DNA from: Faecousia sp.
GTDB taxonomy: Bacteria > Bacillota > Clostridia > Oscillospirales > Oscillospiraceae
Direction of reading: 5' to 3'
Assembly: GCA_045539075.1 (NCBI GenBank)
Contig: JAZQEP010000034.1
Coordinates: 32,856-96,855, forward strand
DNA: 64,000 nt
Part shown: positions 8,733 to 19,031 of the stretch, piece after piece
Numbering within the stretch: position 1 is the stretch's first letter
How the letters are laid out: each line of letters starts with the position of its first letter
Translations under genes and position numbers: made by a program
The notes under the pieces: model-generated
What the model was told of the DNA's origin: nothing
Databases searched by the model: none
The model's input: only the letters and a program-made list of their open reading frames with translations

Positions 8733-9944
8733 TTATGGATGTGCCAACGGAAGTTGAACTAAGAAAGTATTATATCCACCCTTGCTCTCAGCCCAGATTT
8801 TCCCTTTATGGGCTTCCACCACTGACTGGGCGATAGATAGCCCCAGACCATAGCTGCCATCCATGACTCTTGCTTTGTCCGCCCGATAGAAGCGTTTGAA
8901 GATATTCTTCAGATCCTCTTTGGAGATAGGATCTCCGGGACTGGTAACGGACAGAATGCAACTGCGCCCGGACTGATCCAAGTTTACATTAACCGCGCCA
9001 TTTGGACTGGAATACTTCAGTGCATTGTCCAGCAGTACATCCAGTACCTGATACAGATGTTGTTCACTACCATACAGGCTGATTCCATCCGGAACGGTGC
9101 ATCTAAGTTCCATTCCCTTTTCTTCATAGAGAAGCTGAAAGGACAATACCGCGTCTTGGACCAACTGGCTGAAATCCACTGTCTCAAACTTCATTTTCAG
9201 CGTTCCGTTATCCACCCTCGCCATTTCCAGCATATTCTCCACCAGGGAGCGCATCTGGTAGGTCATGGAAAGAATATTTTTGGAAAAGGTTCTGCGGTCT
9301 GCTTCCGGGGTGTCCTCATTTCCCAAAAGCTCCGCATTCGCCATAATGACGGAAAGCGGTGTTTTCAGTTCATGGGAAGCATCTGCCACAAACTGCCGTT
9401 GCTGATCCCAGGCTTGTTCCACCGGCCTGATGACCCAACGGGACAGAAGAATACTGATACCCAGAAACGGAATCGATGCTGACAGAAAAATCAGCAGGCA
9501 GGAAAGAACCATATTTCGCAGCGTAGTGGCTTCCGTTGCAGTATCGGAAAACACGATGGTGTACCCCATAGGGGCCTTGTTCTTCAGGTAACGGAGGTTG
9601 TAGTCATCCAACTTTCCAATTTCGGATTCACTGGACAGTGCCGCATTGGCGATTTCCAGAATATAGTCCTGATCGGACAGATCGAAATAACCACCGCTCG
9701 CTCCAAGCAGCTGCCCTTGCCGACCGATCTGAACGGTGAAGAACGGAAGCCGGACTCTGTCTGAGCCTTTGCCCAGATTGCCTTTCTGAAAAGGACTGGC
9801 AGCGATAGCACGCATCATGTTGATGCTTTGATTTTGCATACTCTGAGCAGTGAAGTGGATCACAACACCAAGGATAATTCCCAGCATCAGCATAACAATG
9901 GCCATGATGACGCATACAAATTTAATCCGCAGTTTTTTGATCAA
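8733..9944 (-). CDS. sensor histidine kinase (HisKA + HATPase_c)
   Basis: H-box ASHELKTPLS, N-box LLDNALKYS, G-box GLGLSIAQ. Two TM segments. TTG start overlaps the stop of the response regulator. Confidence 0.9.
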   Translation of the reverse strand: MIKKLRIKFVCVIMAIVMLMLGIILGVVIHFTAQSMQNQSINMMRAIAASPFQKGNLGKGSDRVRLPFFTVQIGRQGQLLGASGGYFDLSDQDYILEIANAALSSESEIGKLDDYNLRYLKNKAPMGYTIVFSDTATEATTLRNMVLSCLLIFLSASIPFLGISILLSRWVIRPVEQAWDQQRQFVADASHELKTPLSVIMANAELLGNEDTPEADRRTFSKNILSMTYQMRSLVENMLEMARVDNGTLKMKFETVDFSQLVQDAVLSFQLLYEEKGMELRCTVPDGISLYGSEQHLYQVLDVLLDNALKYSSPNGAVNVNLDQSGRSCILSVTSPGDPISKEDLKNIFKRFYRADKARVMDGSYGLGLSIAQSVVEAHKGKIWAESKGGYNTFLVQLPLAHP

Positions 9945-10615
9945 TCTTCCTTCACCTCCAGATGATAGCCGAGACCCCGGATCGATGCGATTCGGACATT
10001 GGATGCGATACTGCTGAGCTTCTTTCGCAGGATCGCCACATAGACCTCTACATGGTTCTCTACCGCATTGGATTCCAGCCCCCAGATATGGGACAGAATA
10101 GCAGATTTAGAAAGGTTTCGTTTGCCGGACTGGAGCAGCAGGCGCATGACATCGAACTCCTTTGCGGAAAGCCGGACAGCTTTTCCATCGCAGAGCAAGG
10201 TGCCGGTGCCAAGATCCAGGATCGTGTTGCCGAACACCATCTCATTAACTTGTCCTGCCTGACGGCGCAGCAGGGCATTGATGCTGGCAAGCAATTCTCC
10301 AGAGTCAAAGGGCTTGGTCAGATAATAGTCGGCACCGGCATTGAGTCCGGCGATACGGTCCTGCACATCACTTCTGGCAGTCAGCATCAAAATCGGGGTG
10401 TTACAGCGTGCTCTGCGAACCTGCCTGGCCACCTCGTAACCATCCATTTTGGGCATCATTACATCCAGAATTAACAAATCGTAAATTCCCAGCTCCGCAT
10501 ATTCTTTGCCGGATTCCCCGTCATAGACACACTCTACTTGAAAGCCCTTCCGTTCCAGCATGGACTTGATGGAATTACAGAGCATTTTTTCATCTTCGAT
10601 AACCAATATCTTCAT
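9941..10615 (-). CDS. OmpR/PhoB-family response regulator
   Basis: Receiver domain (LLILDVMMPKMDG) plus winged-helix C-terminus. GGAGG RBS. Confidence 0.92.
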   Translation of the reverse strand: MKILVIEDEKMLCNSIKSMLERKGFQVECVYDGESGKEYAELGIYDLLILDVMMPKMDGYEVARQVRRARCNTPILMLTARSDVQDRIAGLNAGADYYLTKPFDSGELLASINALLRRQAGQVNEMVFGNTILDLGTGTLLCDGKAVRLSAKEFDVMRLLLQSGKRNLSKSAILSHIWGLESNAVENHVEVYVAILRKKLSSIASNVRIASIRGLGYHLEVKED

Positions 10616-10848
10616 ATGTATTCCTCCGTATGGCTACTTCTTTGATTATAATACGTTTTATAGCTTAAGGGAAACTGAAGACGCAAAAGTTCATAGTTCC
10701 TTTACAAAAGACAACGACTTCTTCAGTTGCGGTTAAGATAGCGGTGCTACCTTGGTATTTGAAATCAGAGGTGTCTCTGAAATTTTGGGGCAACTCGGAA
10801 CACCACTTCTGTGCATGCCGCTCTGCCCTATACCCGAAAGGAGTCAAT

Positions 10849-12570
10849 ATGAATCATAAGAAACACCAGGAAACCGGTACTGACTTAACCGTTTCCAAAG
10901 ATGAGGCCTTATTTGAAGCCCTGGGAAAATCAAAAAAGAAGAAAAAGAAGAAGATTATCCGTACAATCATCAGTATTGTCCTGATTTTGGCAATCGTTTT
11001 GATATCCGGTGTGAATATCCTGCAGCGCCGGGTAAGACAGGAATTTGCCATGGGTGATGTAGAGGTAATCTCTTTTGAAGTTACCACAGGTACCATCAGT
11101 ACTGTGGTTTCAGGCAGCGGAACCCTGCAAAATGTGGATACGGAAACAGTTGTGCTCCCCAGCGGTGTGGAATTGACGGACACCCTAGTTAGCTATGGTG
11201 ATGCAGTGGAAGAGGGGGAGCTGATCGCTACTGTGGATATGGGTACGGTACGAAGCGCTATGTCCGAGCTGCAGGCAACCATTGAGGATCTGGATGAGCA
11301 GATCGCCGATGCAGAAGGTGATCAGGTGAGTTCCTATATCAAAGCCGGTGTTTCCGGCAGAGTGAAAATCCTCTATGCCCAAAAGGATACGGCGGTAGCC
11401 GATGCTATGGTTGAGCATGGTGCGGTGGCTGTGATTTCTCTGGACGGTTTCATGGCAGTAGATATTCAAACCGATGCACTTACCGTCGGCGACTGTGTGA
11501 CGGTGATCCGGGCAGACGGCAGCGAGATCTCCGGCACAGTAGAATATGCGGCCGGAGGAACGGCCACGGTCCTGGTAACCGATAACGGACCAAAGTATGA
11601 TGAAGAAGTGTCCATACAGACTGAAGACGGTACTGGGGTCGGTTCCGGCAAGCTCTATATCCATAATCCGCTTTCTGTTACCGGCTATGCGGGTACTGTC
11701 AGTTACGTCAATGCCAGGGAAAATCAGAAGGTCTATGCATCTACCACGCTCTATACGCTTAACAATACGGCTTCCAGTGCAAATTATGATGCCCTGTTGA
11801 GATCCCGGAAGGAAGCAGAGGAATCCCTGCTGGAGCTGTTGCAGATTCAGCGAAACGGCGGAATTGCCGCTCCCATTTCCGGGAGCATCGCATCTGCGGA
11901 AAGTACGAGTGAAGAAGAAACCCTGGTTGCAACCATTTCTCCGGATCAATATATGTCCGTGACCATCACAGTGGACGAAGCGGACATCCTTTCTCTGGAG
12001 GTCGGACAGCAGGGCGCTGTGACAGTCAGCTCCGTCAGTGAGGATGCTTTCTCGGGAACGGTCACGGAAATTGACAGGACCGGTGCAAACAGCGCCTATA
12101 CTGCTGTGATCCTTCTGCAAAAACAGGAAGGTATGCTTCCGGGTATGACTGCCTCCGTGGATGTACGGATCGAGGGCGTGGATGATGCCATGATCATTCC
12201 TGTGGAAGCTCTGCACCGTACCTCAAACGGTGCCTATGTTTATACCACCTATGATGAGCAAATGCAGCAGTATGGAGGTCGGGTGGATGTGGTTACCGGA
12301 CTGTCCAACAACAACTATGTGGAGATTAAATCCGGCCTGAATGTGGGCGATACGGTTTACTACACCGAGGAGCAGACCTTTGGCAATATGTTTGGCAACC
12401 GGGGCAACATGGGCGGTAATATTCCCGGCGGAAACGTTCCCGGTTTTGGCGGCAATATACCCAATATGGGAAATGGGGACAGCAAAAATGAGGGCGGAGA
12501 AAACCGTCCCGTTTTTGGCGACGGAAACTTGCCGGGTCAGGGAACCAGAAACCGGCCCAACGGCGGTTAA
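10849..12570 (+). CDS. HlyD/MFP-family efflux adaptor with Gly/Asn-rich C-terminal tail
   Basis: ATG 10849 with AAAGGAG RBS is preferred over the track start 10744. N-terminal TM segment, lipoyl/beta-barrel-like regions. Tail is [25 protein letters not shown]. Confidence 0.8.
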   Translation: MNHKKHQETGTDLTVSKDEALFEALGKSKKKKKKKIIRTIISIVLILAIVLISGVNILQRRVRQEFAMGDVEVISFEVTTGTISTVVSGSGTLQNVDTETVVLPSGVELTDTLVSYGDAVEEGELIATVDMGTVRSAMSELQATIEDLDEQIADAEGDQVSSYIKAGVSGRVKILYAQKDTAVADAMVEHGAVAVISLDGFMAVDIQTDALTVGDCVTVIRADGSEISGTVEYAAGGTATVLVTDNGPKYDEEVSIQTEDGTGVGSGKLYIHNPLSVTGYAGTVSYVNARENQKVYASTTLYTLNNTASSANYDALLRSRKEAEESLLELLQIQRNGGIAAPISGSIASAESTSEEETLVATISPDQYMSVTITVDEADILSLEVGQQGAVTVSSVSEDAFSGTVTEIDRTGANSAYTAVILLQKQEGMLPGMTASVDVRIEGVDDAMIIPVEALHRTSNGAYVYTTYDEQMQQYGGRVDVVTGLSNNNYVEIKSGLNVGDTVYYTEEQTFGNMFGNRGNMGGNIPGGNVPGFGGNIPNMGNGDSKNEGGENRPVFGDGNLPGQGTRNRPNGG

Positions 12571-12581
12571 GAGGTAGGCCC

Positions 12582-13253
12582 ATGATCGACATCAAAGACT
12601 TGTGCAAGGTTTATCTCGTGGGAGAAGAACGGGTAAAGGCGCTGGATCATGCCACAATGCATATTTATCCCCATGAGTTCGTCAGCATCATTGGACCCTC
12701 CGGTTCCGGCAAATCCACCCTGATGAATATCATTGGCTGCCTGGATGTTGCCGATGCCGGAACCTATTATCTGGACGGTCTGCCCATTGAGGAATACTCC
12801 GAAAATCAGCTTGCCCGAATTCGTAATCAGAAGATTGGCTTTGTGTTTCAGAGCTTCAATCTGATTCCCAAGCTCAGCGCAGAAGAAAATGTAGAGCTGC
12901 CGCTGATCTATCAGAAGGTTCCAAGATCGGAGCGGCAAAAGAGAGTCAAAGCCGCACTGGAACGGGTAGGCCTCTCGAATCGGGCAAAGCATCTGCCAAC
13001 AGAGTTGTCCGGCGGTCAGCAGCAGCGCATTGCCATTGCCCGTGCGCTGGTGACGAATCCAAGCCTGATCCTGGCAGACGAGCCTACCGGAAACTTAGAC
13101 TCCAAAACATCTCAGGAGATTATGGATATCTTCCATGAGCTTCACGCACAGGGTAATACCATTGTCCTGATTACCCATGATAATGATGTTGCAAAACAGG
13201 CATCCCGGGCGATCCGCATTCTGGACGGACAGATTACGGAGGTGGCACTATGA
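12582..13253 (+). CDS. ABC transporter ATP-binding protein (MacB/LolD-type)
   Basis: Walker [10 protein letters not shown], signature [15 protein letters not shown], Walker [12 protein letters not shown]. Confidence 0.95.
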   Translation: MIDIKDLCKVYLVGEERVKALDHATMHIYPHEFVSIIGPSGSGKSTLMNIIGCLDVADAGTYYLDGLPIEEYSENQLARIRNQKIGFVFQSFNLIPKLSAEENVELPLIYQKVPRSERQKRVKAALERVGLSNRAKHLPTELSGGQQQRIAIARALVTNPSLILADEPTGNLDSKTSQEIMDIFHELHAQGNTIVLITHDNDVAKQASRAIRILDGQITEVAL

Positions 13254-14440
13254 TTATTTCCCTGAAAATGGCACTTCGTTCCATCAGTTCCAACAAAATG
13301 CGTGCGATGCTGACTATGCTGGGCATTATCATCGGCGTTATGGCTCTGGTGGTGCTGGTAAGCCTTGTGAGCGGTGCCACAACGTCTGTAACCGATGCGG
13401 TAAACGCACTGGGAAACAGCATGCTCACGGTAACCATTGCAGATGACAAAGGCTATCCTGTGACACTGGATACACTGGATGAATGGATGGATAAGGAGGA
13501 GCTTGGCTTGCTTGCACCGCAAATCAGCGATACGCTGACCGCCTCCGGAAGAGAGGGAAGCGCAAGCTTATCTGTCTATGGAACAACTCCAGCCTATTAT
13601 GATATTCAGGGCTTGCAGCTTGTCATGGGCCGCTGGCTGAAAAGGGCGGACATTGAAAACCACAGCTATGTTTGTGTCATTAACGAAACTGCTGCGGAGG
13701 AACTGATCGGCTATGTGGACTGCATTGGGGAGGCCATTTCCATCAATTCCGTAAAATATACCATTGCCGGCGTTTTGAGCGACGATGAAGACTCCCTGAC
13801 CGCAGCTTTTTCCTCCGGAAGCATGGTGGTGTATCTTCCGTACACTTCCCTTGTCCGGCTCTCTGCCACTGCGCTGTCCGAAGTCACGACCTTCTACGTC
13901 AGCGCACCGGAGGGCAGCACTGTGGAATCGACGGAAGCGGCAATTACAGAAATCCTGATGGATCGCTTCGACGATGACGAGGATGCCTTTGAGGTATCTA
14001 CACAGGATGTTCTGGAGGATACAATGAGTTCCATCACCTCCGTTCTGACCATTCTTCTGGGCGGTATTGCGGCCATCTCCTTGGTTGTAGGCGGTATCGG
14101 CATTATGAATATCATGCTGGTCACGGTTACGGAACGAACCAGAGAAATTGGTATCCGAAAGGCCATTGGTGCCAGCCGGGGTACCATTCTGCTCCAGTTT
14201 CTGATGGAGGCAGTGGTGCTTTGCATGATGGGCTGTGGCCTGGGCATTTTCCTGAGCTGGTCCATCCTGCAGATCGTCAATACAGTGGTGATCAGTCTTG
14301 ATATGGTGTTCCATCTTAACGGAGGTGTCGTTCTGATTGCTGTGGGTTTCTGTTTTGTGATCGGTGTGGTATTCGGACTGTATCCTGCCAACAAAGCAGC
14401 CAAAATGAAGCCCATTGACGCACTGCATTACGGAGGTTGA
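13250..14440 (+). CDS. ABC transporter permease (FtsX/MacB-type, with extracytoplasmic domain)
   Basis: 396 aa, 4 TM segments, FtsX-like C-terminus. 4-nt overlap with the ATPase gene. Confidence 0.9.
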   Translation: MIISLKMALRSISSNKMRAMLTMLGIIIGVMALVVLVSLVSGATTSVTDAVNALGNSMLTVTIADDKGYPVTLDTLDEWMDKEELGLLAPQISDTLTASGREGSASLSVYGTTPAYYDIQGLQLVMGRWLKRADIENHSYVCVINETAAEELIGYVDCIGEAISINSVKYTIAGVLSDDEDSLTAAFSSGSMVVYLPYTSLVRLSATALSEVTTFYVSAPEGSTVESTEAAITEILMDRFDDDEDAFEVSTQDVLEDTMSSITSVLTILLGGIAAISLVVGGIGIMNIMLVTVTERTREIGIRKAIGASRGTILLQFLMEAVVLCMMGCGLGIFLSWSILQIVNTVVISLDMVFHLNGGVVLIAVGFCFVIGVVFGLYPANKAAKMKPIDALHYGG

Positions 14441-14443
14441 CCC

Positions 14444-16609
14444 ATGGAAAAAAAGCATAAAAAACAAGCGAAAAAATACTTATCATGGGCGTTGATCGCT
14501 GCGATTACCGCAACCCTTGCGTTTTTGCCCATGATCGCAGCAAGAGAAGACCCGGAAACCGGCCCCCAGGCAAGTATTCTGTCCGCTGATGCGGAAAACA
14601 GAGAAATCTCCACAAATATTTTGGGCGGCGGCACATTAACTGCGGGAGATGCTGCACAGATCACCATCCCTGCTGCTGTGAAGATAAAAGAGTATCTGGT
14701 CAGCAACGGTGATATGGTAACAGATGGGCAGCCCGTTGCATTGGCAGATCGGGTCAGCATCATGTCAGCCATTACCCAGGTGCAGGAAACCATGGATTAT
14801 TTGCAAGAGCAGATGGATGATGTAAGCGGTGATACTGCCCCGGATACAATAACCGCTACGGCAGGCGGAACCGTGAAGATTATCTATGGAACCGAAGGAG
14901 AAAGTGTGCAGGATGTTATTCTCCGGGACGGAGCATTGGCAGTTCTCTCTCTGGACGGCCTTATGGCGGTTCAAATTCCGTGCAGCACGGACTTGTCCGG
15001 CGGGGATTCCGTTTGCATTACGCTGGCAGACGGTACGGAAGTAACGGGCAAAGTGGAATCCAATCTGGAAGGCGTTCTGACTGTTACCGTTGTGGACGAA
15101 GGCTATGCTGTCGGCGAAACAGTCAGCATATCCACAACGGATGGTGCGCGGATTAGCTCCGGAGCACTGTACATCCACAGTCAGTGGAATGTGGTGGCCT
15201 ATTCCGGCAGGATCTCACGGGTTCGTGTCAGTGAGGGCGACGTGGTAAAGGCAGGAAAAACACTCTTTGATTTGAAGGATACCGGACATACTGCGGAATT
15301 TGAAGCCCTTGCCCGTCAGCATCGGGAATATGAAGCGCTGATGTTGGAGCTGTTCAAAATGTATCAGAGTGAAACGGTCAAGGCAACCCAGGGCGGCATT
15401 GTCACGGGTGTGGATGAAAGCGGAGCTTATATGCTCTCAACCAACGTAGTAGGATGGACCCTTTCTATGCTTGTCAATGCCCCCAATGGTGATGACGAAA
15501 CCAGTTATATCAACTATATCGGTCAGGTGGCACAGGTTGGCATCGATGGACTGATCCTGAAAATGAACCCCCAGAGCCTTGCCATTACTGACTATAAGGA
15601 GCTGTCCGGTGTTCCTCTGGATACTTCCTTGATGACAGAAGATGCAATTTATACGGCCAGCGTCCCGGTATATGAACTATCCGGTGGAGCGTGGGTGCAG
15701 ATAGAAGCTGCATCCATTGCGGCAGGAGATATTCTGCTGTTCGCCGGAGATAGTGCAGGAAATTTAGTGTGGGTAGTTCGTGTTGCGAGAGGAACGGTTC
15801 AGCCGGAAATCCCAGAGGAATCTGGGGCAACAGAACCTTCCGAGCCGACAGATTCTTCAGATCCAACTCAGCCAATTGATCCCACTGCCCCCAAAGATCC
15901 AGAAAGCCCGGATGACCCTTCTGAACCCACAGACTCAACCGATCCGTCCACTCCTACAGATCCATCAGCACCTACAGAACCCACGCAGCCGGGTGATAAC
16001 AGACCTCAAAGCGGCGGTAATATGCCCAGCTTCGGCGGAGGTGTTGTTCAAGAAAAAACCTTCGAGGTTTACGGATTGGATACGGTAACCATTGCTTCTG
16101 TAATTCCACAGGAGCAGGTGTTTGTTCAAATCATCGTGGATGAATTGGATGTCAACCGAATTCACATAGGTCAGACAGCTGTAGTAACTGTGGATGCCTT
16201 ACCGGGCGAGTTTTTTACCGGCACGGTAACTTCCGTTTCCGACATCGGCGAGAGTGAAGGCGGAAACAGCAAATTTACGGTTGAAGTAACTTTGAAAAAA
16301 GAAACGAATATGCTCCCAGGCATGAATGCTGCTGTTTCTCTTACCATCGAAACAGCACAAACATCCCTCTGCATACCTGTTGCTGCACTGATCGAAGACG
16401 GAACGCAAACTTATGTGTACACCGGATATGATGAAAAAGCAGGAGAATTCGTGAATCCGGTTGCGGTTACGGTGGGTGTTTCCGACGGAGAATATGTTCA
16501 GATTATTTCCGGAATCGCCCATGGACAGACTGTCTACTACCCCTACTATGATACCCTTGTTATTACCGACGCACCGGAAAAGATTGGCGGATTCCGGTTC
16601 AGGCAATAA
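14444..16609 (+). CDS. second HlyD/MFP-family adaptor with Pro/Thr/Asp/Ser-rich linker
   Basis: 721 aa. N-terminal TM segment, and MFP-like segments related to the 10849-12570 product. Confidence 0.8.
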   Translation: MEKKHKKQAKKYLSWALIAAITATLAFLPMIAAREDPETGPQASILSADAENREISTNILGGGTLTAGDAAQITIPAAVKIKEYLVSNGDMVTDGQPVALADRVSIMSAITQVQETMDYLQEQMDDVSGDTAPDTITATAGGTVKIIYGTEGESVQDVILRDGALAVLSLDGLMAVQIPCSTDLSGGDSVCITLADGTEVTGKVESNLEGVLTVTVVDEGYAVGETVSISTTDGARISSGALYIHSQWNVVAYSGRISRVRVSEGDVVKAGKTLFDLKDTGHTAEFEALARQHREYEALMLELFKMYQSETVKATQGGIVTGVDESGAYMLSTNVVGWTLSMLVNAPNGDDETSYINYIGQVAQVGIDGLILKMNPQSLAITDYKELSGVPLDTSLMTEDAIYTASVPVYELSGGAWVQIEAASIAAGDILLFAGDSAGNLVWVVRVARGTVQPEIPEESGATEPSEPTDSSDPTQPIDPTAPKDPESPDDPSEPTDSTDPSTPTDPSAPTEPTQPGDNRPQSGGNMPSFGGGVVQEKTFEVYGLDTVTIASVIPQEQVFVQIIVDELDVNRIHIGQTAVVTVDALPGEFFTGTVTSVSDIGESEGGNSKFTVEVTLKKETNMLPGMNAAVSLTIETAQTSLCIPVAALIEDGTQTYVYTGYDEKAGEFVNPVAVTVGVSDGEYVQIISGIAHGQTVYYPYYDTLVITDAPEKIGGFRFRQ
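15803..15993 (+). repeat. in-frame low-complexity degenerate tandem repeat (PxEPTDSxDP-like) inside the adaptor gene
   Basis: PEIPEESGATEPSEPTDSSDPTQPIDPTAPKDPESPDDPSEPTDSTDPSTPTDPSAPTEPTQP. DNA units such as gaaccttccgagccgacagattc and gacccttctgaacccacagactc recur. Confidence 0.7.
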
Positions 16610-16702
16610 GGGAATACTCTGAAAAACAATAACGCCGAACCCGGAATGGCATCATTGGTCATGGACAGGTTCTGGGTAACGCTGGAACACAAAACAAAGG
16701 AC

Positions 16703-16734
16703 GCCCCTCCCTGGGTTTGAACCCGGGGAGGGGC
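16703..16734. terminator. strong bidirectional hairpin downstream of the ABC/MFP operon
   Basis: GCCCCTCCC / GGGAGGGGC stem with an inner GGG/CCC. U-rich flanks on both strands. Confidence 0.6.
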
Positions 16735-16868
16735 ATGATTTGTTCATATATATGGGTTATGGAGATGTCGTATAAAAACGAGGGATTTTCCCACGGACTG
16801 AACAAGTGTCCACCGGGCACTTGTTTATCCTCCCTACGGTCAGGCCGCCTTTAAATTCGCCACTCCGC

Positions 16869-16904
16869 AAAAAAATCCCGGCCCCTGTTGGGGTCGGGAT
16901 TTTT
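16869..16904 (-). terminator. terminator after tRNA-Ser(GCU)
   Basis: 11-bp ATCCCGGCCCC / GGGGTCGGGAT hairpin flanked by an A-run and a T-run. Confidence 0.8.
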
Positions 16905-16996
16905 TGGCGGAGTGAGAGGGATTTGAACCCTCGCGCGGCTTTTGACCGCCTACTCCCTTAGCAGGGGAGCCCCTTCGGCCTCTTGGGTATCACTCC
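16905..16996 (-). tRNA. tRNA-Ser (anticodon GCU)
   Basis: Reverse complement is GGAGTGATACCCAAGAGGCCGAAGGGG...CTGCTAA anticodon loop...GAGGGTTCAAATCCCTC TCACTCC G CCA. Long variable arm. TTGACA-17-TATTAT promoter at 17028-17056. Confidence 0.9.
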
Positions 16997-17059
16997 GAAT
17001 CAAAGCAGTATGAATGCTTACCGATGCATAATAGCACATTCGGAATGATTTGTCAAGGT

Positions 17060-17896
17060 CTATTTATTCTCCTCAGGAGCGTTGCGGTTCATTAGCCAGG
17101 GGAGAGCTTCTTCGAATTTGACACCGTACCAGTGGGCAGGGGAGAGGATCGTTTTATCAATGCACAGGCAGGTAAAATCCGATGCGATGGCTGCTGCTTC
17201 CTCAAGAGGATGTCCCTGCATCAGCATACCGGTGAGACAGGCAGCAAAAATATCGCCGGTGCCGTGAAAGCTTTTAGGAAAACGTTTATGGTTATGATAG
17301 GATACAGCGCCCTTGCAGCGGACAGCAGCGCCGGTCTGATCAGGGGAGAAGCCCACGCCGGTGAGAACCACATCATGCCCTCCAAGACGGGACAGAAGGT
17401 TCTCAACGTAGTTCTGGTCCGGTTCATCCCGGTAGGGCAGTGCGGCCATCATGGCAGCTTCCGTAATATTTGGCAACATGATATCTGCCTTTTCGCAAAG
17501 CTTGCCCATGGCTTCGGCATACTTTTCATCGAAGCCGGAGTAGAGCTTTCCGTGGTCGGCCATGGCGGGATCTACGATAGCAATACCGCCGGGAGCAAGC
17601 ATACCATCCAGAATCCCGGAGACCATCTCCACGGCGGGGACACTGCCAAGGTATCCCACCAGAATGGCATCAAAACTAATATCCTGCTCTTTCCAATGCC
17701 GGCAAATGGCTTCAATACTATTACCCAGGTGGTGAACCACCGGTTTGCCAAAACCGCCGGTGTGGGTGGACAGGACGGCCGTGGGGAGAATGCAGGTCTC
17801 GTGTCCGCAGGCGCTGAGGATGGGCAGCGCTACCGTCATGGAGCACTGGCCAACACAGGAGATATCCTGGATGGTTAGAATACGTTTGTATGCCAT
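17060..17896 (-). CDS. pdxK: pyridoxal/pyridoxamine kinase
   Basis: 278 aa. N-terminus ILTIQDISCVGQCSMTVALPILSACG is typical of the PdxK/PdxY family. Confidence 0.8.
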   Translation of the reverse strand: MAYKRILTIQDISCVGQCSMTVALPILSACGHETCILPTAVLSTHTGGFGKPVVHHLGNSIEAICRHWKEQDISFDAILVGYLGSVPAVEMVSGILDGMLAPGGIAIVDPAMADHGKLYSGFDEKYAEAMGKLCEKADIMLPNITEAAMMAALPYRDEPDQNYVENLLSRLGGHDVVLTGVGFSPDQTGAAVRCKGAVSYHNHKRFPKSFHGTGDIFAACLTGMLMQGHPLEEAAAIASDFTCLCIDKTILSPAHWYGVKFEEALPWLMNRNAPEENK

Positions 17897-18828
17897 CAGT
17901 CTACCACATCCATATCAAGACCCAGTTCTCTCGGCATGAACCGGGGACACACGCTTTCGGAGGTGACAATGACAGAGGCAGCCAAATGCGCGCCGATCTC
18001 GCAGGCCTCTGCCAGGGTCTTGCCGTAGGTAAGGCCGATGGCGACACCTGCGCAGAAGGAGTCGCCAGCACCGGTGGTGTCCTTGACCTCCACGCGGCGG
18101 GCGGGACAGAAGCCCATGTCGCCGTCCATACTGGCATAAACCGCGCCGTCTCCGCCCATGGTTACGATCATGCTTGGAATTTCGGCAGCCTTGACCTTGG
18201 CAGCGATAATGGGGATCATATCCTGAACGGTTTTTTCGGAATAATCATCGGAAAAGAGAATTCCGGCCTCCTGGATGTTGCACACAAAGCAGTCGATAGA
18301 CTTCAGGAAATCCCGGCGTTCCAGGGCAATGGACATATTGGCCACTACGGAGAAGACCTTCTTGTTGTGTTTTTTTGCAAGGGCAAAGACACGTTTAACG
18401 ATGTCCTTGTCAATGTCCAACTCAATGACCACGGAATCTGCCTGGGAGAAGATCTCATCACCGTGCTCCTCCAGGATATCCACAATGGGCAGCAGGTCCG
18501 GTCTCTTGGAAATAGAGGCGAATACATCGCCGTCATTATCAAAAACAGCCAGCCACGAACCCATACCGTCACGGGTCCTGCGAATGTATTTGGTATTGAC
18601 CCGGTGATTTTCCAGCTTCCGCAGAACATCTTCACCGGTACCGCTCTTGTCTACAAGGCTGATAAAGGTGGGTCGCAGCTCACAGTTTGCGATATCTTCG
18701 GCCACGTTGCGGCCAACGCCGCCGTGGACCTGCTCAACCCGGCCTACATTCCGGCCGGCGGGATTAAAATTGGACGTCGGATATCCCTTAATATCCACAA
18801 AGACAGCACCGATTACCACAATACCCAT
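17896..18828 (-). CDS. PfkB-family carbohydrate/nucleoside kinase
   Basis: GGVGRNVAEDIA and DTTGAGDSF motifs. ATG 18828 with GGAGG RBS is preferred over the track start 18876. Confidence 0.8.
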   Translation of the reverse strand: MGIVVIGAVFVDIKGYPTSNFNPAGRNVGRVEQVHGGVGRNVAEDIANCELRPTFISLVDKSGTGEDVLRKLENHRVNTKYIRRTRDGMGSWLAVFDNDGDVFASISKRPDLLPIVDILEEHGDEIFSQADSVVIELDIDKDIVKRVFALAKKHNKKVFSVVANMSIALERRDFLKSIDCFVCNIQEAGILFSDDYSEKTVQDMIPIIAAKVKAAEIPSMIVTMGGDGAVYASMDGDMGFCPARRVEVKDTTGAGDSFCAGVAIGLTYGKTLAEACEIGAHLAASVIVTSESVCPRFMPRELGLDMDVVD

Positions 18829-19031
18829 ATGATTTCCTCCAGAAAGGTTTTTGTCATTATACCATACCTCCGCCAAATTGCAACAAAATTAGACAATTGG
18901 GGCCTTTTCAATTTGTTACATCGACAAAATTATATTTTGACAAAAATTTATTATTGCAGTCTGAATCGGATAGGATTATAATGTTTTTATTCAAGAATCC
19001 ACTTTTATTCTACAAATTGGAGGAATAATCT

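Noticed and set aside
15803-15993. Tandem degenerate DNA repeats, considered as a possible VNTR or CRISPR-like array.
   Set aside because: The repeats are in-frame, imperfect and spacer-less, and they encode a Pro/Thr/Asp/Ser linker inside the adaptor gene. This is not a CRISPR array.
16745-16868. Structured 120-nt spacer next to tRNA-Ser(GCU). Its minus-strand start, GGAGTGGCGAATTTAAAGGCGGCC, resembles the 5' end of the neighbouring tRNA-Ser, and it contains an AACAAGTG/CACTTGTT hairpin. It was considered as a pseudo-tRNA, tRNA-Sec or sRNA.
   Set aside because: I could not fold a cloverleaf, T-arm or anticodon stem. No promoter is evident. It is probably a decayed tRNA duplicate or plain spacer, and tRNAscan or Rfam would be needed to settle it.
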